Shown: positions 51,522 through 60,968 of the stretch, in pieces
Layout: every line of letters begins with the position of its first letter
How positions within the stretch are numbered: the stretch's first letter is position 1
DNA from: Planctomycetota bacterium
GTDB lineage: Bacteria; Planctomycetota; UBA1135; UBA2386
Length of the DNA stretch: 64,000 nt
Direction of reading: 5' to 3'
Assembly: GCA_046290465.1 (NCBI GenBank)
Contig: JBKAGP010000001.1
Coordinates: 928,001 to 992,000 of the forward strand
The notes under the pieces: generated by a model
Seen by the model: the letters and a program-made list of their open reading frames with translations, nothing else
Told to the model about the DNA's origin: nothing
The model's database searches: none
Program-made: the position numbers and the translations under genes

Positions 51522-51821
51522 TTAGCCACCGATCTCCACCGATGGCATGCCGACGACGATGGTGCCACCATGTGCACACGTGTCACCGACACGCGCCGCA
51601 GGCCGCCCCATGATCAGGACGGTTGCCGAGCCCTTGACGATCGAGTCAGGCGGGCCAACACAGGTCGCCATGTCCTCCGCCAGCGCCGCCGGCAGTCCGC
51701 CGATCAACACGGTTTCTGCACCGGGACCGACGATCGGTCCCCCGACGTGCGGGATCGGCGGCACGCCGGGAGTTACTTGCGGACAGACATGCATATCGGT
51801 GAGTCTCGCAGCTGGTGGCAC
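51522..51821 (-). CDS. PAAR domain spike-tip protein
   Basis: PPAARLTDMHVCP..PHVGGPI..TVLIGGLPAA..C..PDSIVKGSATVLIMGRPAARVGDTCAHGG. AAGGAG RBS. Confidence 0.95.
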   Translation of the reverse strand: MPPAARLTDMHVCPQVTPGVPPIPHVGGPIVGPGAETVLIGGLPAALAEDMATCVGPPDSIVKGSATVLIMGRPAARVGDTCAHGGTIVVGMPSVEIGG

Positions 51822-51933
51822 GATAGGGATCTCCTTCGAAGGCCACGAGAGCGTCCCACGCCACACCGGCCGCCGATACCGACAGACCTCCTACGATCCG
51901 ACAACACGCCCCATCACAGCGGCCGTGCATCGA

Positions 51934-54900
51934 CTACATCGCTGGCAATTCCGAGACGATCTCGATGTCGAGCATCCCGACCCATGGCAGGCACACCATG
52001 CCCAGTGGCAACTCCGATTGCTCCAACAGCATGTCCAGGCTGCCGCGCAGGAGCCTGCATTCGAACTGCTCGTCCGCTACCCTTCGCACGACCCCCTCGC
52101 GCAGTACGAACATCGTGCGCATGGTGTCGCGACCGTGGGTTGCCATGCCGGGAATCCCGTGCGCGAGGCTGTCGAGCATCCGGCCGCCCGCGGTCTCGCA
52201 GAAGTCCGCGTCCCGGGCCACCGGTGCCAGCGGGACGGGATCCATGCCGCCGGTTGCCAGCAGCAACAACAAGGCGTCCCCGAGCCAGGACTCCGGTTGT
52301 TCACGGTTGCAAGTCGTAGCCAACATCCAGGCTCGATGTGCCCACCAGGCCGCCCGATCGGCCTCGCAGCCGAAGTGCTCGAGGATCTCTCGATCGACGA
52401 ACCCCAGGAACGGGTGCAACAACATCAGGCCGGCGGCACGAGTCGGGACCCAGTCGCTCCCGCCCGCGTGCCCGCGGGCTGTCGCGCCCAACACGTGTGG
52501 CCCGGCCGGATCGGTCGAGGTCGTCCCGAACGGGGAGGCGCGTCCGAGCAGCAACGCATCCAGCTCGTCGTCCGTCGGTTCCAAGCCGGCAGCGCCCTCC
52601 GCCGCCTCTGCCTGCAACGCTTCGATCGCATGTTGACGCGACGCCGTCGACGACAGCGCCGCTGCCGGTAGCTGCCACGCAAGGGTCGCCGCAACGACCA
52701 TGCGCGCGCCACCGCGCAGCTCACCGCACGCGCGGCGTCGCGCATCGCGGTCGTGCGACAGCAGCTCGCACATCGCATCGACGACCAGTTCGTTGCCGGC
52801 GGTGGCCATGACGTCGAACCACGAAGCACCACCGCGGCGCCAGTCGGCGACGAGTTGCTCGGCCGTGGTCGCGGCCGCGATGGCCTGTCCCAGCTCGTCC
52901 TCGTTCGTTGGCGCGGGCGTGGCATCGGAACCACCGCGTACGCCGCGTCGCCTGCGACGCAGCCACCGTTGCAACTCCCGCAGGGATGCGCTGCGGACCT
53001 CGCGATGGGCAGGTGGGCGAGCTTCGTCCGTCTCCCGAGCGTCCGCGAGTGCCTCCAAGGACCTGCCTGCCGCCAACCAGTCGACGATGGACTTCCGGTC
53101 GGCCTCGGAAGTCCGCGCCCAGGCCGCGGGAAGGACCTCGCCGTTCTCCGCCAGCTGCTGGCACATCGACAGCGCCCCTGGCTCGTCGCCAGCGCGTGCC
53201 AGCCCCTGACGAAGTCCGACGATGCCGCACTCGACGGCACGCAGGCGAAGAACCGCATCAGCAGGATCCTGCCGACCTGCCGCCCACGCCCGTGCGCGTG
53301 CTCGCATGGCGGCCTGCACCTGCGTGGTCGAAGACTCGACGAGGCACCAGGCGAAATCGTCGGCCACCACCGGGTCGTACTCACCGTGAGACTCCGAGTC
53401 TCGGAGCGCAAGCGTGGCGCGAACCCGGCGCAGGTGGGGCGCATGGTCCGGTGCCGCCATCACCTCTGGCGCCAGGATTCCGGCCAGCACCATCAGCATC
53501 GCATCGCGACCTTCACCTGCGAGCGCGAAGATCTGGCTCCGGATGCGCTCGCTGCCCGCCGCGAGCAGAGCGTGGCAAAGGGCATCCAGCGCTCGCGCCG
53601 AATGCAGCCTGGCCACGGCGCGCACGAGATCGAGTTGCCCGCACGCCACGGCTCTCGCAAGTCGAGTGGCGAGGCGCTCCAGCCGGAGCCGCCCCGCATC
53701 CGGGCTGCCTTCCGATGCCGCCGATGGCTCGTTTGCGGGGACCGCCTCCTCGAACAAGACACGATGCCAGGCGAGGGCCTGCCACCCGTCAGCTTCGACG
53801 ATCGCGCGGATCCGCTCCGCGTCCTCGGCCAACCGTGCACAGACCTCGTCGACCTCCGCGCGCGACCGCCCGGTTGCGAGTCGACGCAAGCCCCCGTCGG
53901 CGAACGTCGGCTGCGTTCGAACACGAGAACCGGCGGAGGGTCGAAGGCGCTGCGAGCCGGCTTCGATCGAAGCCGCCGCCCGCTCGTTCGAAGTGGCCTG
54001 CTCCGAAGCACCCGCGGCCAACCCACTCGACGAATCGCTGCGGACCGGGAGCGTCGGCGTCGGCGCATCGCCTTGCACCGAGTCGCCCCTGCGCGCCCGA
54101 TGCGCACCGCCGCCATGCCTCGTACCTCGGCAGCCAGGACCCTCCGCGTCGTCGCCATCGCCTGCGGCCATGTCGGGGTCCTCGGTCCTCGGTGCGTCGG
54201 CATCACTTGCACCATCGGTCGGACGGTCACCTGCACTCGCACTCTGCGTGGATTCCGATCTGCCACGGGCAGCGTTCCTGGCCGTATCGACATCTCCAGC
54301 CGGGTCCGCATGCGACGGATCGTGGGCACCGCGTCCCTTCGGGTCGTCGCCGCCACCGTCGGCCACGTTCGGATTCCCGCTCCATGGCGTCGCAGCGTCG
54401 TCGTCACCATCGGTCGAGCGATCGCCTGCGCCGGCGTCACGCGCCGCTGCAGGCTCGCCACGAGCCGCGTTCCCGACCGTATCGACCTTACCGACCGGGT
54501 CCGCATCCGACGAATCGTGGGCGCCACCTCCTTTCGGGTCGTCGCCGCCACCGTCGGCCCCGTTCGGATTCCCGCTCCATGGCGTCGCAGCGTCGTCGTC
54601 ACCATCGGTCGGACGATCACCTGCGACGGCGTCAGGCGCCGATTCGGGCTCGCCAGGAGCCGCGTTCCCGACCGTATCGACATTTCCGACCGGGTCCGCA
54701 TGCGACGGATCGTGGGCGCCGCGTCCCCTCGGGTCGTCGCCGCCAGCGTCGGCCACGTTCGGATTCCCGTTCCATGGCGTCGCAGCGTCGTCGTCACCAT
54801 CGGTCGGACGATCCCCTGCGACGGCGTCAGGCGCCGATTCGGAGCTGCGTCGAGCAGCCTTCTCGACCGGGCCGACATCTCCGACCGAGTCGATCGGCAC

Positions 54901-56844
54901 GCGACCCGCACGCTGCGACGCGGCGGCCGCACGGCTGCGGATGCAGTCCGACACCTCCTTGGCCAACTGGACCCGGTCGACCGCCGGGAGAACGTGCGAG
55001 GCGCGGAGCCGCTCCCAAGTCGCGCGCCTGACCGCGAAGTCGCCCACCTGCTGGAGCGCATCCGGCTCGACGACCCCCTCGAGCACCAGCACCAGCGCAT
55101 CGCGTTCGTCGGGAGACAGCGCCTGTAGCAGCAGACGCCGTCGGTCCGGATCCGTCGCCATGAGTTCGCGGCACACGACCGCCAGCCCCGCACCGCCTTC
55201 GACCAGGGTAAACGCCTGGAGCGACTCGGCCGAGCGACCAGCGGTTTCCGGCCAGAACGGCAGAGACGGCTTGGCCTCTCGGAACTCGCACCGGCCATGC
55301 CCAGACGCGGATCCGCGGCGCTGCACGAGTCGTTCGAGGTCCGCGATCGAAGTCGCGAGCCGCCGGCCAGGGGCGGCGCCCCAGAGGCGATCGAGCACGG
55401 CCAACGTATGCTCGCAGCTGGCCAACGCGCTACGCGCCGTGATGCCTTGGATCCAGGTCGCCACGCAGAGCTGCTGTGCCTGCGAGGCCGACGTGGCACC
55501 GGCCGACAACGACAACGCGTCCGTGGTGCAGGCTGCCGCCGCGATCGCGACGTCCAGGTCGAGCAGCCCGTCGCGCACGTCGCGCCACGATTCCGGCAGC
55601 GCGCCTCGGATACCGGATCCGTCGCGCACACGAAGGGGCTCGGGAGCATCGCCGACATCGCACGCGCGCGCGCCGTTGCCGAACGTGCTGCCCGGCGAAC
55701 CGGACAGCAGCCCCTCGACGGTCTCGACCGACGGGACGGCACCGCGTCGAAACCACTGATAGCGACCGAACCAATCGAGTTCGTCTCGATGCAGCCACGT
55801 GCACTTTCGTCCGCCGGCTCCCCGGGCGCGCAGTTCTCGCGACAGGCGCACAGCCAGACTCGATGAGAACGAAAACGGCTCCGTGCAGCGCTGGACGCGC
55901 TCCGCGACACCCACTGCCGCCGCCACCGCAACGCGCTGGTCTGCGTCCAGATTCGACACGCTCGGCGGAGGTGGTGGCCACGCGCCGGTTGCCTGCCGCC
56001 AAGGTGGCTTGCCGGTCGAAACGGTCTGCTCGAACGGCCCTTCGTCCCCGTGCCGCAGGCCATCATCCGAACGGCCTGCCAGCAGCACCTCGATCTCGGA
56101 ACGCGTCGGCCATGCATCCCCGCAGAGCCACCGCGCGACCAGGTCCCGTCCGACATGACCAGGCGTCTCGGATGCTCCGGTTGCCGGCTCGGACACCGCG
56201 ACGTCGACCCGGGGCGCAAACGTCGCAGCCACGGCGCGCAGCATTGGCCGCTCGGCTGACGACGCGAGCAGTCCGCGATCCATCAGGGACCGGACCAGCA
56301 AGCGGGCGAGGACCGGCAGGAGCGTCACACCACGCGGCTCCGTGTCGCCGGGCGCGGTGCCACCAGCGCGGCCCCACCCGGCAGCAAGCACGTCGGCCAG
56401 CAGTGCCATGCCGACCGGGAGGCGTCCGGTTCCGGCCCACCACAGGGCGAAGCGATCTTCGCGCCGTAGCACCCAGGGCAACGGCGCGGCAACTGCCTCA
56501 GCGGATCCGTCCGAGACTGCGGATCGGGGCGCCTTCACGTCACCGCCACGGACCTCGGCATCGATCGCTGCAGACGGACTCCGCGAAATCGCATTCAGGA
56601 TCGACGCGGCCCACAGCGCAGCGAGCGTTGCATCGTCGCTGGCCAGGTGGGCAGGATCGAGGGTCACGCACAGTTGCTCGATCTCGACGTCCGGCATGCC
56701 ATCCGACGCAGAGTCGAGCAACCGGTCGAGCATGTCCGGCAACACGTTTCGGGCGATGTGCCCCAAACGCATGGCCGTGTCGTAAGACGCGACGTTCGCA
56801 GCGGCGCCTGCCCGGATGACCATGCGTCCGATGCCATCGCTCAC
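51934..56844 (-). CDS. Contractile injection system tape-measure protein (Afp14/CIS_TMP-like)
   Basis: N-terminal ..LPDMLDRLLD..VEIEQLCVTL. C-terminal AAGLMLLHPFL...FVLREGVV...LDMLLEQSELPLGMVCLPW typical of CIS_TMP. GTG overlaps the upstream TGA. Confidence 0.82.
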   Translation of the reverse strand: MSDGIGRMVIRAGAAANVASYDTAMRLGHIARNVLPDMLDRLLDSASDGMPDVEIEQLCVTLDPAHLASDDATLAALWAASILNAISRSPSAAIDAEVRGGDVKAPRSAVSDGSAEAVAAPLPWVLRREDRFALWWAGTGRLPVGMALLADVLAAGWGRAGGTAPGDTEPRGVTLLPVLARLLVRSLMDRGLLASSAERPMLRAVAATFAPRVDVAVSEPATGASETPGHVGRDLVARWLCGDAWPTRSEIEVLLAGRSDDGLRHGDEGPFEQTVSTGKPPWRQATGAWPPPPPSVSNLDADQRVAVAAAVGVAERVQRCTEPFSFSSSLAVRLSRELRARGAGGRKCTWLHRDELDWFGRYQWFRRGAVPSVETVEGLLSGSPGSTFGNGARACDVGDAPEPLRVRDGSGIRGALPESWRDVRDGLLDLDVAIAAAACTTDALSLSAGATSASQAQQLCVATWIQGITARSALASCEHTLAVLDRLWGAAPGRRLATSIADLERLVQRRGSASGHGRCEFREAKPSLPFWPETAGRSAESLQAFTLVEGGAGLAVVCRELMATDPDRRRLLLQALSPDERDALVLVLEGVVEPDALQQVGDFAVRRATWERLRASHVLPAVDRVQLAKEVSDCIRSRAAAASQRAGRVPIDSVGDVGPVEKAARRSSESAPDAVAGDRPTDGDDDAATPWNGNPNVADAGGDDPRGRGAHDPSHADPVGNVDTVGNAAPGEPESAPDAVAGDRPTDGDDDAATPWSGNPNGADGGGDDPKGGGAHDSSDADPVGKVDTVGNAARGEPAAARDAGAGDRSTDGDDDAATPWSGNPNVADGGGDDPKGRGAHDPSHADPAGDVDTARNAARGRSESTQSASAGDRPTDGASDADAPRTEDPDMAAGDGDDAEGPGCRGTRHGGGAHRARRGDSVQGDAPTPTLPVRSDSSSGLAAGASEQATSNERAAASIEAGSQRLRPSAGSRVRTQPTFADGGLRRLATGRSRAEVDEVCARLAEDAERIRAIVEADGWQALAWHRVLFEEAVPANEPSAASEGSPDAGRLRLERLATRLARAVACGQLDLVRAVARLHSARALDALCHALLAAGSERIRSQIFALAGEGRDAMLMVLAGILAPEVMAAPDHAPHLRRVRATLALRDSESHGEYDPVVADDFAWCLVESSTTQVQAAMRARARAWAAGRQDPADAVLRLRAVECGIVGLRQGLARAGDEPGALSMCQQLAENGEVLPAAWARTSEADRKSIVDWLAAGRSLEALADARETDEARPPAHREVRSASLRELQRWLRRRRRGVRGGSDATPAPTNEDELGQAIAAATTAEQLVADWRRGGASWFDVMATAGNELVVDAMCELLSHDRDARRRACGELRGGARMVVAATLAWQLPAAALSSTASRQHAIEALQAEAAEGAAGLEPTDDELDALLLGRASPFGTTSTDPAGPHVLGATARGHAGGSDWVPTRAAGLMLLHPFLGFVDREILEHFGCEADRAAWWAHRAWMLATTCNREQPESWLGDALLLLLATGGMDPVPLAPVARDADFCETAGGRMLDSLAHGIPGMATHGRDTMRTMFVLREGVVRRVADEQFECRLLRGSLDMLLEQSELPLGMVCLPWVGMLDIEIVSELPAM
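54130..54895 (-). repeat. In-frame 195-bp (65-aa) tandem repeat, 3 well-conserved copies plus a degenerate partial copy
   Basis: GGATTCCCG(C/T)TCCATGGCGT at 54371, 54566 and 54761 (period 195). Unit: ESAPDAVAGDRPTDGDDDAATPWxGNPN...HDPSHADPVGNVDTVGNAAPGEP. Confidence 0.92.
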
Positions 56845-58532
56845 GGCATGCTCTCGCCTTCCTGATCGCGCCGCCGCCCCCCGAGGAACCACCGCAGCAC
56901 CCTGGTCGGCCACCGGAGGCGCGCGCTTCGGGAAGCCGGGCCGCGAGGACCGTTCGCGGCCTCCCCCGCACCCGGCTGCCGACGCTTCGCAACGGGGCGA
57001 CGGACCCCTCGATAGGCCGGTGTCAGAAAGCTCACCACCCGCAGGTCGTCATCGACGACCATGGCCAGCCGCGCATCCAGAGCCACGGTCGTGCAGTGCT
57101 CCCAACCGACCACGTCCGGCAGCTGGTCGACCCGCACCGCTGGCGAGAGCTGGTCTTCTCGACCGCAATGTCGATACGCCGAGAGCAGAACCTGCCAGGC
57201 CTCACGCAGGGGTCTCCCCAGCAGGTTGCTCAGCGCAGCCAACCCCTGGCGCCTCGGGTCGACGACGGTGGTGTCGTCGTAGCTCTGATGCCAGTACGGC
57301 TCGTTGACCGGATCGATCAGGCTCGGGAGCGGACGTGCGCTGCGATCCGCGCCCACTCGACGCTCGCCGCTGTCGCGATCCACCGTCGGCAGCGCCGATG
57401 CCGGGGGATCGCATGCACCTCGCAGCGGATCCAGCGGCCAGAGTCCGGTCCACGGACACGGACGATCCCAACCCAGGTTCGGCAACCACGCTGCCGTGCC
57501 GCCGCGGTAGCCACGCAAGGAAACGAAGCGGACCGTCGGCTCCACGTGGCGCGCGTTCCAGCGCTCGAGTGCGCGCGCGATCCTCCGCAGCGCGACCGCC
57601 TTGATCAGCACGGGTCGATAGCCCTTCACCTGCTCCAGTTCGGTCGAGCCGATGGCGAATCGCCGCCTCCACCTGCTGTCCCACACCCACCCGTTCTCCG
57701 GATGCCGGAAGAGCCACCCGATCGCGACTCCGTCTCGCACCCGGCACTCGGGTCCCTGACAGTCCCGCGTGTGCAGCCGTTCGTACAGCAAGGCCCTGGC
57801 ATACTGCCATCCCGAGTAGACGACATCGTTGAGCACCGCCCACGCCAGGACGTCGCGATCGGTCCACACCCCCTCGTCGACGCGTTGCTGCAGTGCGAGA
57901 CCGGCAAGCAAACGATGCTTGTCGGCAGGCAGGTCGGTATCGAAGAGCCCGTCGCACAACAGGTTCCGGGTCCGCTCGAACGCGATCCGAAAGCCGCTGC
58001 CATCGGCGATGGCGCGACCGCTCGGCATCCGCAACGGAACTGCACGAAGCAGCGCCCCCGGTTCCGGCGGTGCCAGCCGCCCGCGAACGAACTGCAGCTC
58101 GACGCCATCACGCTTCCAGTCTCCGGCGCGACCGACGCAGTCTTCACCGACGCCACCCGGACGCACGATGTCCTTGTGAACGAGAACCGCCGTGACGTTC
58201 TCGTAGGGACAGCCGTCCACCGCCCGGACGTCGTCGTTCGACTCGTAGAGGCGCTCCTCGAACGCCTCTCCGACCAGCACGGTCCGCAGGGCCTCCCGAA
58301 CCTGCAGGCGTCGCCCCAGTGCATCGATGGCCTCGCCAGGTTGCACGACACCGTGCGTACCATCCTCGGTAACCCCACCCTCGAGGCCGAACACGACGCC
58401 ACAACCGATGTGCTGCCGCACATGCTCCATGGCTCGACCGAGGCCGTGCCCCGAAAGGGCGTTCAGTTCACGGTCGGTGACGACCTGACCCGCCCGGAAC
58501 GTGGGCAGCCATGGCCCCATTTCATTCGTCAT
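56841..58532 (-). CDS. Afp13-like eCIS protein (tail-fibre/baseplate attachment N-terminus)
   Basis: PTFRAGQVVTDRELNAL...HIGCGVVFGLE...VQPGEAIDALGRRL N-terminal motif. Lies between Afp12 and the tape-measure gene. Confidence 0.7.
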   Translation of the reverse strand: MTNEMGPWLPTFRAGQVVTDRELNALSGHGLGRAMEHVRQHIGCGVVFGLEGGVTEDGTHGVVQPGEAIDALGRRLQVREALRTVLVGEAFEERLYESNDDVRAVDGCPYENVTAVLVHKDIVRPGGVGEDCVGRAGDWKRDGVELQFVRGRLAPPEPGALLRAVPLRMPSGRAIADGSGFRIAFERTRNLLCDGLFDTDLPADKHRLLAGLALQQRVDEGVWTDRDVLAWAVLNDVVYSGWQYARALLYERLHTRDCQGPECRVRDGVAIGWLFRHPENGWVWDSRWRRRFAIGSTELEQVKGYRPVLIKAVALRRIARALERWNARHVEPTVRFVSLRGYRGGTAAWLPNLGWDRPCPWTGLWPLDPLRGACDPPASALPTVDRDSGERRVGADRSARPLPSLIDPVNEPYWHQSYDDTTVVDPRRQGLAALSNLLGRPLREAWQVLLSAYRHCGREDQLSPAVRVDQLPDVVGWEHCTTVALDARLAMVVDDDLRVVSFLTPAYRGVRRPVAKRRQPGAGEAANGPRGPASRSARLRWPTRVLRWFLGGRRRDQEGESMP

Positions 58533-59427
58533 CCTGACACCTCTCGCATTGCCCGCCACGATCGTCCCGGTGGGCGACGCGGCGGACGTTCAGTTCGGAG
58601 CGAGGCCCGCTGGCTCGCTCCGACTCGTCCGGCAGACCCTCCTCGCTTGCTCGCAACATCCACTCGTCGACCGTGGTGATGCGATCACGACTCTCAGCCA
58701 CCAGCCCGGCGACGGTCGGGCAGGTCGGAACCCGCAAGTCCCGAAACTCCGGCCAGAATGCGTCCGACACGAAGAACGTCTCGAGGATCAGATGGGCCGG
58801 GGCGTAGCGCTGGATCCAATGCTGCAGGGTGTGGACTCCCGGCCACTGTTCGAACGCGCCGATCTGCCGGACGAACAGCGTGACCCGATGTCTGCGCGCG
58901 CCATTGTCGGCCGTGGTCTCGTCACACGCGTCGACCTCGTAGGCGAAGTGCTCGATCAGGATCGGGCACTGCTCGGGGTCGGTATCCACGAGGCCAAAGC
59001 AGGCACACAGCAACCGCAGCAGGCCCAACGGCGTGCCGCGATCTCTCATCAGTCTTGGCAACCGGCGTAGCAATGCCGCCTTGAGGCGGTTGGACCGGCC
59101 CGGATCCGCCCCGGCCCCGCACTCGAGATCGAGTCCACGCCACAAGCTCCGCTCGGCGCCATTGGCTCGCAGCAGCTCCTCGAGCACGCCGCGCCTCGCA
59201 GCCGTCGTCGAGGCGTCCGTGCCCGCACTCGCAGCACCCGGAGGCAATGCCCCCATGGCGTCGGGAGACAGCCAGTGCGGCAGATCCTGAAGCTGGTCTA
59301 CGTAACCGCGGGCGACATCGTCGACCATCTCGAGGAAGGCGCGCACCTGCTGCCACGATTCCTCGCTGCGACGATAGAACCGCGGCAGGTCCGCGTCGAT
59401 CGGATGGTACAGCGCATCGTCGTTCAT
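58522..59427 (-). CDS. eCIS baseplate wedge, Afp12 C-terminal half (P2 gpI-like)
   Basis: LPRFY..QQVRAFL..VDQLQDL, LKAALLRRLPRL..RGT..GL, LIEH, RVTLFV...IQRYAPAHL. Confidence 0.75.
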   Translation of the reverse strand: MNDDALYHPIDADLPRFYRRSEESWQQVRAFLEMVDDVARGYVDQLQDLPHWLSPDAMGALPPGAASAGTDASTTAARRGVLEELLRANGAERSLWRGLDLECGAGADPGRSNRLKAALLRRLPRLMRDRGTPLGLLRLLCACFGLVDTDPEQCPILIEHFAYEVDACDETTADNGARRHRVTLFVRQIGAFEQWPGVHTLQHWIQRYAPAHLILETFFVSDAFWPEFRDLRVPTCPTVAGLVAESRDRITTVDEWMLRASEEGLPDESERASGPRSELNVRRVAHRDDRGGQCERCQDDE

Positions 59428-60968
59428 CACTCCGCTCCGCCCATCAGGCGCGTCTGGATCGACAGCTGTTTCAGCCTCGGGATCTCGAACGGCTCCAGGT
59501 CGACCCGTCGCTCGCCCCACGTACCGCCGCGCCGCCGCAAGCAGAGGTCGTGGACGTCGATGATCGCTTCGTGCGACAACAACCTCGCGCGGACCTGTTC
59601 GAGCTCGACGGCGTGCCCCGGTCGCCAGACGCCGAGGGCTGGCCGCGATTCGAGGACCGAGGGAACCGCATCGCGTTCCGGACCACCCTTCAGGCGTTGC
59701 CACGCATCCGGTGGTCCGATCCAGGATCTGCACGTGTCCTCGTGTGCGTCTCGGTCCTCGGCACGGCCCTCGAGGAATCCGAGGACCAGTGCGTGCGCCT
59801 GCCTGCGGACGTCCGTGGCATCCGCGCCTCGGTTGACCAGGACGCTCGCCGAGATCTCGATTTCGGCCTCTCGGGCGAACCCGAAATAGAGTTCGTCACC
59901 GAGCAGGCGAGACGACCACAAGGTGTCGTAGATTCCTGCGGCTGGCTCGTCCTCTCGGCTGTCGGCCGTCGGTGCCAGTTCCTGCTGCTTTCGAACTTGG
60001 GCCAACCGCTCGGCATCGATCACATCCTGGGCTCCCCAGACGCGACTCGATCGCGTCACCTCCTGTCGCAGGACCGCCTGACGACACCGCTCCAGCACGG
60101 CGGTGCGCTCGGCTGTCGTCCGGTGTTGACGCGGCCGCAGCAGGATCGAGATGGCCGCAGGATGCAAAGCGCGTTCGTCGTGCCCGGTCGTACCGTCCCA
60201 TCGCATGTCACCGACCGCACCATGGACCACCCACACCTGGTCGACGTCATCTCGAGACACGGCCACCACCACCCGGCGACCATAGTCGCCGGCGGTCACC
60301 GCCTGGGTACTGAGAAGCTGCGCCGGATGAGGCGGCCAGATCTCGCTCCCGCCCGATGCATCCTCGAATTCCGCAGGATCCCGTTCGAGCGTCTCCAGCC
60401 GGCCCAGCTGCGCCAACAGGTCTTCACGGTTGCCATCGATGCCCCACGAGGCATCCGTCAAGCGACGCCAGACGTCCAGCAGGCGAGCGAACGACCGCGT
60501 GCCCGCCAGTTGTTCGAGCTGTTCGCGATAGCCTCGCATCGCCTCTTCGAGCTCTCGCTGCCGCGCGGCGCCGATCCAACGGACCTTGGCGTCGTCGTGC
60601 GGCTTGCAGCGCCCGGACGCGCCACGTTGGCGCGCCCGCCGCTGCAGTTGCCGCCACTCTCGGAACCAGAATCGACGACGACGACGGAGCATCGCTTCGT
60701 CGAGGACACGGTGCCCCGGTTGCGAGCCACGCAGAACCACCGGCACGCCCAGGGGTGCTACCGACGTTCGGTAGAACAGGTCGACGATCGACCACAGGAT
60801 CGCCTCGAGCAGCGTCACACCGGGGTCGTGGATGTTGAAGTCCGTCCACTTCGAGCCCTGCGCCTGGATGCACGAAATCGCCAGGTCACGCAATTCGCCG
60901 AATCCCGGGACGGAGGGCTCGTCCTCGCGGCGCAACGTCTCCATCGACAGGTCGGACAACCGGGTCAC
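59427..60968 (-). CDS. eCIS baseplate protein, Afp12 N-terminal half
   Basis: LRDLAISCIQ..GSKWTDFNIHDPGVTLLEAILWSIVDLFYR, AVTAGDY, RLLGDEL. GTG overlaps the Afp11 stop. Confidence 0.8.
   Translation of the reverse strand: MTRLSDLSMETLRREDEPSVPGFGELRDLAISCIQAQGSKWTDFNIHDPGVTLLEAILWSIVDLFYRTSVAPLGVPVVLRGSQPGHRVLDEAMLRRRRRFWFREWRQLQRRARQRGASGRCKPHDDAKVRWIGAARQRELEEAMRGYREQLEQLAGTRSFARLLDVWRRLTDASWGIDGNREDLLAQLGRLETLERDPAEFEDASGGSEIWPPHPAQLLSTQAVTAGDYGRRVVVAVSRDDVDQVWVVHGAVGDMRWDGTTGHDERALHPAAISILLRPRQHRTTAERTAVLERCRQAVLRQEVTRSSRVWGAQDVIDAERLAQVRKQQELAPTADSREDEPAAGIYDTLWSSRLLGDELYFGFAREAEIEISASVLVNRGADATDVRRQAHALVLGFLEGRAEDRDAHEDTCRSWIGPPDAWQRLKGGPERDAVPSVLESRPALGVWRPGHAVELEQVRARLLSHEAIIDVHDLCLRRRGGTWGERRVDLEPFEIPRLKQLSIQTRLMGGAE

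Noticed and set aside
52753..56219. Long overlapping ORFs across the tape-measure gene (52753+, 52908+, 53414+, 53493-)
   Set aside because: They are explained by the stop-poor 195-bp repeat and high GC. Only 51934..56844(-) has recognisable terminal motifs and operon coupling.
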